A DNA stretch of 64,000 nucleotides, from IMG/VR virus record IMGVR_UViG_3300014205_000173, one strand, 5' to 3'. The notes under the pieces were generated by a model, which saw nothing but the letters and a program-made list of their open reading frames with translations, had not been told where the DNA came from and did not search any database. Below, piece after piece: positions 51,329 to 59,813 of the stretch. How positions within the stretch are numbered: position 1 is the first letter of the stretch; the number at the start of each line of letters is the position of its first letter. The DNA comes from a virus (Duplodnaviria; Caudoviricetes). Both the position numbers and the translations under genes were made by a program.

Positions 51329-54237
51329 TATGTTGGTCCAGATATAGAAGCGTTTCCTGCCGCTTTAGTTATATTCCCCAATAAAGGTGCTACTCCTAAA
51401 GTGTTTCCAATCTCATCTTTTATTGTTAATATTACATTTATGACTTTTTCTAAAGCTTCTTTTTGCATTATTTGACTTTCTGCAACATCAGAAGCACCAA
51501 CATCAGTATATCCGTATTTTTTATTTTCAGCCATACGTATTGCGGCTGCCTGCCTTGGGCTTACTCTTCCATGCTGCAAATCCTTTGCAAGCATAAAACT
51601 TGGAGAAACACCAACGGCTCTTGCTCCTTTAGCATAATCTTCTCTTGTAAATCCAATTGACCCATAAGAGTCAGACAATTCTTTATCTGCTTTACTTTTT
51701 AAAATATTAATTTTATTAGTAATATTATCAGTAGTTGTCCCTGAAGATCCGTTTCTATAGCTAACAGCAGTCCCAGTATTCCTTGAATTATAAACACCAG
51801 AAATGCCCGTAGATGTTCCTGAACCAACAATGCTTACATTCACAGCATTACTTCCACCAGTAGTTTTATTTACTATGTTAAACAAACTCTTCATTGTTTG
51901 ATCCGTTCTTTTTGTTGCATCAGCCGTCTTCTCAAGAGCTTTACCCGAATCTGTATCTTTTAATGGATCTAGCCCTCCCTGCTGTTCTGCTCCCATCAAT
52001 GCTCCATAAGAATGAGCATTTACTCCTCTATTTAAGTAATCTACGGTTTGTCCATATCCACCAGAAACCTGTAATCCACCAGTTGTATATTTTCCGGGTT
52101 GATCTATTGCAGATCTTCCTGTTCCACCTAAAGGTGCTATATCAGCAAAAAACTGATTCCCAGAACCAACCTTTGGAAGTATTTTTGCAAACCCACCAGC
52201 ACCAAAAACATTTTCTTTAAATGCATCTAAATAGCCTTCACGTATTGATTTTGACTCTTTGAAAAAATCTATTTTTGTTTGCTCTATCTCTATTCTAACA
52301 TCTTTGGCTTGTTTCTCAAAATCTAAAGCAGCTTCCATATTACCAGACTCTCTTTCTTTTGCTGCCTGCTGTAACATAGACTGCATTTTAGATTCAAGAA
52401 CAGGAATTTGTGCTGCCACATCCTTTATTATATCTAATTGATCTGAGTATGAAATTCCCATTCCCAACCTTGCTTCAATATTTCTATCTCTAATTATTTT
52501 TGACAAAGACACTTCTTGTTTTTGAAGTTCCATTTGAGCATCAAGAACAGTCGTTTTAGATTTTAGCTCACTATCAGCACGATTTTTTGTAAGTGTATAT
52601 ATTTGAGAATCTATTTTTAACATTGCTTCTTTTGCCATAAGAGCTTCTGTTTCGTCTCCCTCACTTATGGCAATATCATATTGTTCTTTTAGAATAGATA
52701 ATTTTTGTTGTAATATTGGTATTTCACTTTTTATTGCTTCTGCTTGTGCTTCCGCAAATTTTGCAGCACTTGTAGAATAACCAACATTAGAACCAACAAC
52801 AGAACCCAATTGACTATAAATATCTTTTATTCCACCAAGAGATTCCAATATCATTCCTTGGTTATTTTGCCAAGTTTGTAGTTTTGCAGTAATACTATCT
52901 AACTCACCACCAACTCCACTATCACCAATTTCTTTAGAAGTTTCCTTTACTTCTTCTTTTATTCCTAAAATAGAATTTTTTGCTTTAACTGCTAGTTGAT
53001 AAATAAAATTATCCCCTGTTCCTCCAGACATTAAATCTTTTGTCATCTGACCTAATGCCGCAGCAGATGCAACCACCGATGCACCAGCCGCTATAATTCC
53101 AGCACCAGTTGCAACTGCTGCACCAGATCCCCCAGCAACCGCCACACCAGTACCTGCACCAACGCCAGAAGAAATACCCGGAGCTATTGTATTTATAATT
53201 CCAGATCCAACACCACCCCCATTGACAACTGAAACATACATTGGGTTATTTGGAGAAACACCTAACCCAGACCCACCACTAATCCCTCCGCCAGTCAATC
53301 CTCCAGCCAATCCTCCGGCTAATCCTGCACCAGTAAAAAAACTACCAACATGTCCCACCAACCCCAAACCAGCAGCGGCATTTCCATATCCCGGAGTATT
53401 TGCCATGTTGCCAGCCAATCCAGCAACTTTACCGCCAGCAGTAAGCGTTGTTTGTGCTACATTTGATTTTCCAATTGCCTGACCTATATCAAATTGTGCT
53501 TGACCAAAAGCTCTTTCAGACTCAAACTGATTTCTAGCATAACCCCTTTCTGATTTTCCTTCTCCTGACATTCCCCTTTTTGCTAATCTTGCAATTGCTT
53601 CATATTGTCCGTAGTCTATACTTCCTCTTTGAGATAGTAAACCAGCTAATCTTTCTGCCCTACCATAATCTCCACTAGAAATAGCTTCTCTTAATTGAGT
53701 ATATTTTGCAGCAGCAGAACCTACTTTGTTTGTTATATCTGATATTTCTTCTAGAGTTCCACCAAGTTTTGCTGCCTGATTTTGAATTGAAGCAAAATCA
53801 TTTACTATCTTTTGAGTTTGAATTCCCTTAAAACCACCAGTAATTGTTTTAAAAAGTTTTTCAGACTCTAATGTGGTTAATCTCGTTCCTTCTTTTGCCT
53901 TATCTATTGCATTCCTATAAACTTGTGCAGACTGAGCCGTTGTTTTAAATTCGCTAGAAAATGTAGAAAGTCTTTGTCCTCCAAGGTAAACTGCGTTTTG
54001 AAAATTAGCAACAGACTTTGTTGCCTCATTAAAAAACCCTATAAATTTTCCTGAAATTCCTAAAGGGGCTTTAAATATATCAGAAACAAGAGTTGATGTT
54101 CTTCCTGAAACATATGCTAATTCTGAGAGTTTTTGTTTTAAATTGCCTAAATTTTTTCCTAAACCAGCAACATCAACACCAGTCTTCCTTGATGCATCGC
54201 CAATATTTTTTATTTCATTAATAGCACTCATTCTCAA
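51328..54237 (-). CDS. Tail tape measure protein (969 aa)
   Basis: Ala/Gly-rich helical and coiled-coil sequence, hydrophobic Gly-rich centre with GVSPNNPMYVSVVN motif, canonical position after the tube and chaperone genes. Confidence 0.85.
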   Translation of the reverse strand: MRMSAINEIKNIGDASRKTGVDVAGLGKNLGNLKQKLSELAYVSGRTSTLVSDIFKAPLGISGKFIGFFNEATKSVANFQNAVYLGGQRLSTFSSEFKTTAQSAQVYRNAIDKAKEGTRLTTLESEKLFKTITGGFKGIQTQKIVNDFASIQNQAAKLGGTLEEISDITNKVGSAAAKYTQLREAISSGDYGRAERLAGLLSQRGSIDYGQYEAIARLAKRGMSGEGKSERGYARNQFESERAFGQAQFDIGQAIGKSNVAQTTLTAGGKVAGLAGNMANTPGYGNAAAGLGLVGHVGSFFTGAGLAGGLAGGLTGGGISGGSGLGVSPNNPMYVSVVNGGGVGSGIINTIAPGISSGVGAGTGVAVAGGSGAAVATGAGIIAAGASVVASAAALGQMTKDLMSGGTGDNFIYQLAVKAKNSILGIKEEVKETSKEIGDSGVGGELDSITAKLQTWQNNQGMILESLGGIKDIYSQLGSVVGSNVGYSTSAAKFAEAQAEAIKSEIPILQQKLSILKEQYDIAISEGDETEALMAKEAMLKIDSQIYTLTKNRADSELKSKTTVLDAQMELQKQEVSLSKIIRDRNIEARLGMGISYSDQLDIIKDVAAQIPVLESKMQSMLQQAAKERESGNMEAALDFEKQAKDVRIEIEQTKIDFFKESKSIREGYLDAFKENVFGAGGFAKILPKVGSGNQFFADIAPLGGTGRSAIDQPGKYTTGGLQVSGGYGQTVDYLNRGVNAHSYGALMGAEQQGGLDPLKDTDSGKALEKTADATKRTDQTMKSLFNIVNKTTGGSNAVNVSIVGSGTSTGISGVYNSRNTGTAVSYRNGSSGTTTDNITNKINILKSKADKELSDSYGSIGFTREDYAKGARAVGVSPSFMLAKDLQHGRVSPRQAAAIRMAENKKYGYTDVGASDVAESQIMQKEALEKVINVILTIKDEIGNTLGVAPLLGNITKAAGNASISGPT

Positions 54238-54896
54238 ATCCCCACATTCTTAGGGTCTTCACAAAAATATTCTTGCTCGTTTGCTATGAAAATTTCATCC
54301 ATATCTTTTTTTGATATTTTTCTAGCCTCATCTGGAGTGCAATTAAACATTTCACATATTCGCTTTAATACGATAATAGCTGGAGGTGTTGGAATGTCAA
54401 TATTTTTCCTACCTGATCTTCTTTTCTTTATTGCCGAATAGTATTTAAAGCATTCAAGAGATAAATCCCTCTCTTCATCTTCAGAAAGTCCATCAAAACA
54501 TCCTTCTCTATGTAAAAGATCGTTTATTTTTGTAAGGAAAAAAGAAGCCAATTCTGGATGTAAATCTTCAATAATTTCTTTAGTAAAATAAATAGTTTCG
54601 CCAGAATGATCTTCTATTTTCCATAAAAGCATTCTAAGCTTATTTTCTTTTGTTTTTTCTGGTATAGATATTCTTTGTTTTGTATATGGATTTTTTCTAC
54701 TACTCAGTCTTGATATTTCATGTATATCATACCAAGAAGGTATCTTTATAAATACTTTTGCTTTTTGTATTTTTTCTTTACTTATTTCCCAGAAAAATTT
54801 TAAATTTTCTATTAAGAAAAAGTAGTTGGTATCATTTTCTTCAAAGTAATAGTATTCAAACTCAATTTCTTCATATCTATCTTGATTTGCAGACAT
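54234..54896 (-). CDS. Tail assembly chaperone, long (gpGT-like) form
   Basis: Lies between tube and TMP; N-terminal part aligns with the 170-aa neighbour; C-terminal ICEMFNCTPDEARKI resembles gpT-type segments. Confidence 0.65.
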   Translation of the reverse strand: MSANQDRYEEIEFEYYYFEENDTNYFFLIENLKFFWEISKEKIQKAKVFIKIPSWYDIHEISRLSSRKNPYTKQRISIPEKTKENKLRMLLWKIEDHSGETIYFTKEIIEDLHPELASFFLTKINDLLHREGCFDGLSEDEERDLSLECFKYYSAIKKRRSGRKNIDIPTPPAIIVLKRICEMFNCTPDEARKISKKDMDEIFIANEQEYFCEDPKNVGI

Positions 54897-54899
54897 TTT

Positions 54900-55412
54900 T
54901 TACTCATTTTTAAGATCTTTTTTTTCTTCTACTTTTACAGAAAAATCCTCTCCACTACCATTATCTACAAGTCTTTCATCAATTATTTTCTTTAAAAATT
55001 TATCTTTTGAAAATATTTCTTCCTTTTCTTTTTCTAATTTTTCATCATATGCCTGAATTAAACCTATTGCAAATTCAGGTATTACATTATTATAGAACTC
55101 AGCATCTAGCTTTATATCCTCTCCAGAACCATCGACAAGACGTTTTAATAAATTTCTAAACTTTTTATCTCTAAGCGTAATTGTATCAACATATGGAACT
55201 CCTGTTACTTGATCAATTTCTATAACACCTTTTATATATTTATTAAAATTATTCCAGTTTGGACGTTCAAACCATGCCCTTGCCGTTTTAATTTTTTCTC
55301 TGAATCTTTCTTTGTCATCAAAATTTTCTACAAAAAGTATATCCCCTTCTTCCAACTCAATATAATCTAGATTCACTTCTACTAAAGATTTTTTTACTGT
55401 AAATTTTGACAT
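54900..55412 (-). CDS. Tail assembly chaperone, short (gpG-like) form
   Basis: First gene after the tail tube gene; charged 170-aa protein; paralogous to the downstream 220-aa ORF. Confidence 0.65.
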   Translation of the reverse strand: MSKFTVKKSLVEVNLDYIELEEGDILFVENFDDKERFREKIKTARAWFERPNWNNFNKYIKGVIEIDQVTGVPYVDTITLRDKKFRNLLKRLVDGSGEDIKLDAEFYNNVIPEFAIGLIQAYDEKLEKEKEEIFSKDKFLKKIIDERLVDNGSGEDFSVKVEEKKDLKNE

Positions 55413-55432
55413 AACTTTCTCTTTTTATTTGT

Positions 55433-55477
55433 AAAATAAAAACATCTACAAACACAGTTACGATATTTGTAGATGTC
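55433..55477 (-). terminator. Intrinsic (Rho-independent) terminator/attenuator after the tail tube gene
   Basis: Perfect 11-bp inverted repeat ACATCTACAAA (55442-55452) / TTTGTAGATGT (55466-55476), followed on the - strand by TTTTATTTT. Confidence 0.75.
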
Positions 55478-55506
55478 TATTTGTATAAAACTATGTTTTT
55501 AATAAA

Positions 55507-56529
55507 TTAAGTTATAACCAAAGCATCAAACTCAGCATCATTTGCACCAAGTGCAGTGAATGAACTTTCAACAGTAACTCTATCTGAAGTTCCAAGAGTT
55601 GGTGGTTCGGCATTCCATAAACAATTATTTAAAGTAAGAGTCAACGCTGCTGTTGGTTTTCCTATTTTAATAACCAAGCTACTTATACCAGTACCAACAA
55701 CTTGCTGAATTCCACCTTGTTTATTTGATTGCCATGTAATTGTTCCAGTAATCATTCTTTGATTTGCGGAAATTGACTGTGCATTCAATCCAAATGGGCT
55801 ATATAGTTCATCGTCATTATTACCCATTGTATAATTTCTAACAAGTCTATTGTCTATGTTTAAAGAAAACCCAACAACAAACATTCCCGTTGGAGCGCCA
55901 GTTACGGAAACCGCATCCCACTGAGGAATTTGCTCTAAATTTAACTCAGTATAACTTACTGCTGGGGCGCCATCAGCAAAACCGCCAGTTGTATTTCCAG
56001 CAGAACCATCTGCCGTATCAGGATATAATTTTCTTTCAGTATCCCCGAATGAATTAATTTCTATTAAATCACTTTCTGTTACAATTCCCCAAACCTGTGC
56101 TCTTGATGTTATTTCTCCGCCAGACTGACATTCAATGGAAGCACTATTTACTTTACATCCTCTTAGTGTTGGATGCACAGAAGAACTAATTGTGAAGTTT
56201 TCTCCCGGATTAAAAACTAGATTTGCAGCAGCTTTAAATAAAGCAACGCCAGTACCACCACCATCAGCACCGAAAACGAAAGGGAAAGACAAATCTCCTT
56301 GAGATGTAATTGGTCCTTTTTTCCATGCAGTTCTATCTTGTCTTCCTGTTACGAAATCTGGAGCTTCACCAGATTGAGTGATACCAATCTTATAATCTGA
56401 TACACGTATAACGCTTTCAGCCGCACCTAATTCTAAAATTCCTCCGGGAGAATCAGTTAGTGTAACTAACTGGTTCCAACCCATCAAAGTTCTTACTTCT
56501 GAAAAAAACTGAACTGGATCAGTAGCCAT
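55507..56529 (-). CDS. Major tail tube protein (340 aa)
   Basis: GCKVNSASIEC..GGEITS, FSLNIDNRLVRNYTMG...ISANQRMITGTITW, VTVESSFTA pattern of Phage_tube_2-like tubes; GGAG SD; followed by terminator, chaperones and TMP. Confidence 0.85.
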   Translation of the reverse strand: MATDPVQFFSEVRTLMGWNQLVTLTDSPGGILELGAAESVIRVSDYKIGITQSGEAPDFVTGRQDRTAWKKGPITSQGDLSFPFVFGADGGGTGVALFKAAANLVFNPGENFTISSSVHPTLRGCKVNSASIECQSGGEITSRAQVWGIVTESDLIEINSFGDTERKLYPDTADGSAGNTTGGFADGAPAVSYTELNLEQIPQWDAVSVTGAPTGMFVVGFSLNIDNRLVRNYTMGNNDDELYSPFGLNAQSISANQRMITGTITWQSNKQGGIQQVVGTGISSLVIKIGKPTAALTLTLNNCLWNAEPPTLGTSDRVTVESSFTALGANDAEFDALVIT

Positions 56530-56588
56530 TTTTATTCACTCCATTTATAACTTTTAATTTTTTCAATCATTTTCTCACTCAACAGTTA

Positions 56589-57287
56589 TTATGGTGTAAT
56601 AAACTGATCGTTTATCGTTGTTCCTATTCTTGCAGAAAGCTCTGCAAAGTTTTGAGAAAAATATGTTGGAGAAGCATCTAACCCAGCTTCTGTTCCGTAA
56701 TCAAAAATACTTAACTGTGATGCCGACATCCCTACAGCAACCGCATCTGCATCAGAAACATAGGCATAATTTGTATAATAGTCCGAAATATTATTAACAG
56801 TAAAGGTAGTTCCATCCAATCCTGTTCTATTTGCAGAAGTACTTGAAGACATTCTTTTAACAATATGTGCGTTTAGTTTTCTTAACGCATTACCGACTAA
56901 ATTAGTAGCAACAGTTTTTGCACTTTCTTCGTTAAATGTAGTATTTGCAAAGCTGTACATAAAAATAGACAGATCAGTTCCTATTGAGTTTGGAGGTGCT
57001 GTATACTTTGCAGAATTACCAATCCAGACAGAATAATTTGCATTTGAAGAAACTTCACTTTCGCCAGTACCAGCAGGAGCACACCCCCAAGTAGTAACAT
57101 CTGATTCCGCATGTAATCCGCCCGTAGTATAATGTGGTGCGTTTGAAGTTTCACTTAAAATTAGCTGTGCAACATTATAAGCAGTATCAGAGTCACTCTC
57201 ATTAAACATAGAGTCTCTTATTTTGCCATAGATTGCTCCAAGTTTATCTGCAATAGCTTTATACTGATAAGGAAGTATAACTGACAT
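56589..57287 (-). CDS. Hypothetical protein (232 aa), probably virion-associated
   Basis: Ala/Ser/Thr-rich acidic composition like the structural genes; directly upstream of the tube gene. Confidence 0.55.
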   Translation of the reverse strand: MSVILPYQYKAIADKLGAIYGKIRDSMFNESDSDTAYNVAQLILSETSNAPHYTTGGLHAESDVTTWGCAPAGTGESEVSSNANYSVWIGNSAKYTAPPNSIGTDLSIFMYSFANTTFNEESAKTVATNLVGNALRKLNAHIVKRMSSSTSANRTGLDGTTFTVNNISDYYTNYAYVSDADAVAVGMSASQLSIFDYGTEAGLDASPTYFSQNFAELSARIGTTINDQFITP

Positions 57288-57291
57288 ATTT

Positions 57292-58212
57292 TCAATCTCC
57301 TATACCTATTTCCGATCCCTCGACAATAGGATTATAAGTCTTTTTCTGTAATCTATTTTGTATTTCCTTCTTTATAAATTCAAAAAATACCTTTTTAACA
57401 TCATGGTCAAACAAATACTCTTTAGATTGTTCAAGGAAATGTTCATAGTTTCCTTCAAAAAATTCTTCTAAACAAATATATTTTCTACCTAATTTACTTA
57501 AAATTAAATTAGTCTCATTAAAATAAGACTCATCTATTATTATTTTTGATAATGACAATAAAATACACAATTCTTCATCAGGGCAGCTTTCAACATCAAC
57601 AAAGCTTATATAATCACTTTTAAGCCTTGGATGTTCTGACAATTTTTTTATATTGTTTTTATTACAAAGAACCATTATGTTGCTATCCTTACAATCACTT
57701 TCAATATTTCTATAAAAAAACATTTCTTTCTTAAATAGAATTTCTGTTTTTTCTATAAAGATATCTTTCAAACAAGATGGTCCCATTCCGAAAATATAAT
57801 CAAATGGCTCTAAAGTAGATTTATCAAAATCATTAAAAGACACTAGGCGATCTAAAACTACTAAAAATGGAATATTATTTATTCCAAAATATTTTTTCAC
57901 TAAAGAGATTGGCCAAACATCTGACGTTCTACCCTTTGTAATAACAATATCTATATTGTTCTTTAATATAAATTCAGATATAATTAAAATAAAATTATCA
58001 GAATATTTTCCTTCAGAAACTATAAAAAAATTATCAGAAATATCTTCTGGAATATTTTCAAGAATATCAAAATAATTATTTTGAGATTCTTTAAGTTCTT
58101 CATTTTCCCAAAAAACAGCAACAGACTCTTTATTTTGACAAAGTTCTTTTGCCAAAAGAATATTTTCTTTAGAGTACTCAGACATAAAAAGTACATTATT
58201 ACAATTTACCAT
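57292..58212 (-). CDS. Divergent GT-B-like protein (306 aa)
   Basis: Rossmann-like pattern VLFMS..LAKEL..VAVF, NNIDIVITKG, IPFLVVLD, FDYIFG, DEELCILLSLSKIII; no clear catalytic motif. Confidence 0.4.
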   Translation of the reverse strand: MVNCNNVLFMSEYSKENILLAKELCQNKESVAVFWENEELKESQNNYFDILENIPEDISDNFFIVSEGKYSDNFILIISEFILKNNIDIVITKGRTSDVWPISLVKKYFGINNIPFLVVLDRLVSFNDFDKSTLEPFDYIFGMGPSCLKDIFIEKTEILFKKEMFFYRNIESDCKDSNIMVLCNKNNIKKLSEHPRLKSDYISFVDVESCPDEELCILLSLSKIIIDESYFNETNLILSKLGRKYICLEEFFEGNYEHFLEQSKEYLFDHDVKKVFFEFIKKEIQNRLQKKTYNPIVEGSEIGIGD

Positions 58213-58229
58213 TAAGTTTTTCCGTGTTA

Positions 58230-58997
58230 TTAAAAAGGTCCGTCAATTGGCGTTTCCATTTGACCTTGTTGTGTAAGATATCCTCTCCAAATATACATAT
58301 CTGCATCCCAAGTTATTTTTGCTGCCTTTACAAACTGGCTTCCCTTCTGAACAACCCCATATTCTATTGAATTTATTTTAGCACTACTTGTAACCTGATA
58401 GTCTCTTTTTGCTCCAACAGGTTGAATATGTAAGTTTGTCATTAATATATACTCAACAACATCAGTAACCTTCATCATATCTTCAGTGCTTCTATCGCTA
58501 TCTGCACCTTCAACATAAATTATAAAATCAATAGACATAGTATCCATAGTTCCCGAGAATGTCTTCCATTCAATTCTTTTACTTGACGGAACAATGCAAA
58601 CCGTTGGAAAAATATTTACAACAGCTAAATCTCCCAATCTAACATCTTTTACTATTATCCCTCCCGGAGCCCTTCTTACTTTGGCACTATTTGAAACCAA
58701 CCAATCCTTAGAAACATTTCCATCTAAAATTATTTCATTCTTTTCATTACTAACATTTATTACATCATATTCGGGCATACCATCATATCCGCCAGGAATT
58801 GGTTTCCCTGTACATACGGAAGTACTATCTTGTAATACTACTTCGGGATATCTTATGTTTAAATTTTCCCAAGTAAAATCACTTGAGTCTGAAAGATTTA
58901 ATATATTCGATCCAGATAAACAGTCTTCCGATAAATTAGCTGAAGCCATAAGAAGTCTTTCCATTCTGTTTGCCACAGCTTTGTATAAATGAAACAT
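58230..58997 (-). CDS. Tail terminator/completion protein with an inserted beta domain (255 aa)
   Basis: FPTVCIVP...MSIDFIIYV...EDMMKVTDVVEYIL..N...IEYG...AAKITW follows the lambda gpU/Mu gp37-like pattern; lies between adaptor and tube genes. Confidence 0.65.
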   Translation of the reverse strand: MFHLYKAVANRMERLLMASANLSEDCLSGSNILNLSDSSDFTWENLNIRYPEVVLQDSTSVCTGKPIPGGYDGMPEYDVINVSNEKNEIILDGNVSKDWLVSNSAKVRRAPGGIIVKDVRLGDLAVVNIFPTVCIVPSSKRIEWKTFSGTMDTMSIDFIIYVEGADSDRSTEDMMKVTDVVEYILMTNLHIQPVGAKRDYQVTSSAKINSIEYGVVQKGSQFVKAAKITWDADMYIWRGYLTQQGQMETPIDGPF

Positions 58998-59269
58998 TAC
59001 AAACTCCTATTTGCGTCTCTTTCAATTTCAGAAAAAACCTGACCTACAGCAAGAATAGTATCTCTTATTTTCTTTTCTTCACCTTGAGCATTGGCATTAA
59101 ATGGATCTACCGTAGATCCCATAAAGTCAGAAGTTTTTACGAAAACAGGTAGGCTTTCATCAACCTTTAAAAAACCATCTTCATCAATTTCTCTTGAAAT
59201 ATTTTCCATTTCAAGTTCTGTTCTTTTTAGAAAACCACTAAAAATATCAAGAGATTTTTCAAGATCCAT
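58997..59269 (-). CDS. Hypothetical acidic protein (90 aa) in the neck module
   Basis: Starts 2 nt after the adaptor stop and shares TAATG with the terminator gene. Confidence 0.7.
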   Translation of the reverse strand: MDLEKSLDIFSGFLKRTELEMENISREIDEDGFLKVDESLPVFVKTSDFMGSTVDPFNANAQGEEKKIRDTILAVGQVFSEIERDANRSL

Positions 59270-59271
59270 TA

Positions 59272-59772
59272 TTATTGACCGGCATTTCTTTTATTTATTT
59301 GAAGCTCACCCGGACGGGCTACACGAGGATCGTCCATTAACTCTCTACGATGAAATCTTTTTCCTGTATAAATCTGTCCTCTTAAAAAAATTGTTCCAGA
59401 CTGAAGTTGAGATAAGTCATCAAAAGCCAACGATCTTTGATTTTTACCCCAATCAGAAACATTCGGCTCTTGCCCTGAAGAAATTACTTCATCATATATT
59501 TTTGCCGCTGTAAGTCTTGCGTTTATCAGGGGAATTGGATCAGGATATACTGGAGTTCCCAAAGTTCCATTTTCATAATCGGGAACCTTTATTTTTCTTA
59601 AAGGAGTATTATAGATTGTACTTAAATATCCATTAATTATACCGGCAGACTGTTCTATATAAAATGTAACATCGCTTTCTAGGATATTTACGTTTCTATC
59701 TTGAAGATTTGTTCCAATTACAATTTTATTTGGAAGTATTTGCTGAACTTCAGATACAGTACAATAGCCCAT
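59272..59772 (-). CDS. Head-tail adaptor/connector (Mu gp36/DUF1320-like)
   Basis: MGYCTVSEV..., IEQSAGIINGYLSTIYNTPL...PDPIPLINARLTAAKIY...AFDDLSQLQSG pattern; GGGGTGA SD. Confidence 0.8.
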   Translation of the reverse strand: MGYCTVSEVQQILPNKIVIGTNLQDRNVNILESDVTFYIEQSAGIINGYLSTIYNTPLRKIKVPDYENGTLGTPVYPDPIPLINARLTAAKIYDEVISSGQEPNVSDWGKNQRSLAFDDLSQLQSGTIFLRGQIYTGKRFHRRELMDDPRVARPGELQINKRNAGQ

Positions 59773-59813
59773 TAGAAATCACCCCTTTTATATATAGTAA
59801 GTATTTCCTAAAT

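Noticed and set aside
54894-54930. Programmed -1 frameshift at the A8 run ending the first chaperone gene
   Set aside because: The downstream ORF is in the same frame after TAA AAA, so a shift would not produce a fusion.
55442-55476. TCTAC...GTAGAT resemblance to a Cas12a-type CRISPR repeat
   Set aside because: Single copy, much longer loop, no spacers or cas genes; a U-tract follows, which fits an intrinsic terminator.
164-59772. Contractile injection system, R-type tailocin or T6SS
   Set aside because: No sheath, baseplate J, gp25, VgrG/PAAR or AAA ATPase seen; a head-tail adaptor gene implies a capsid.
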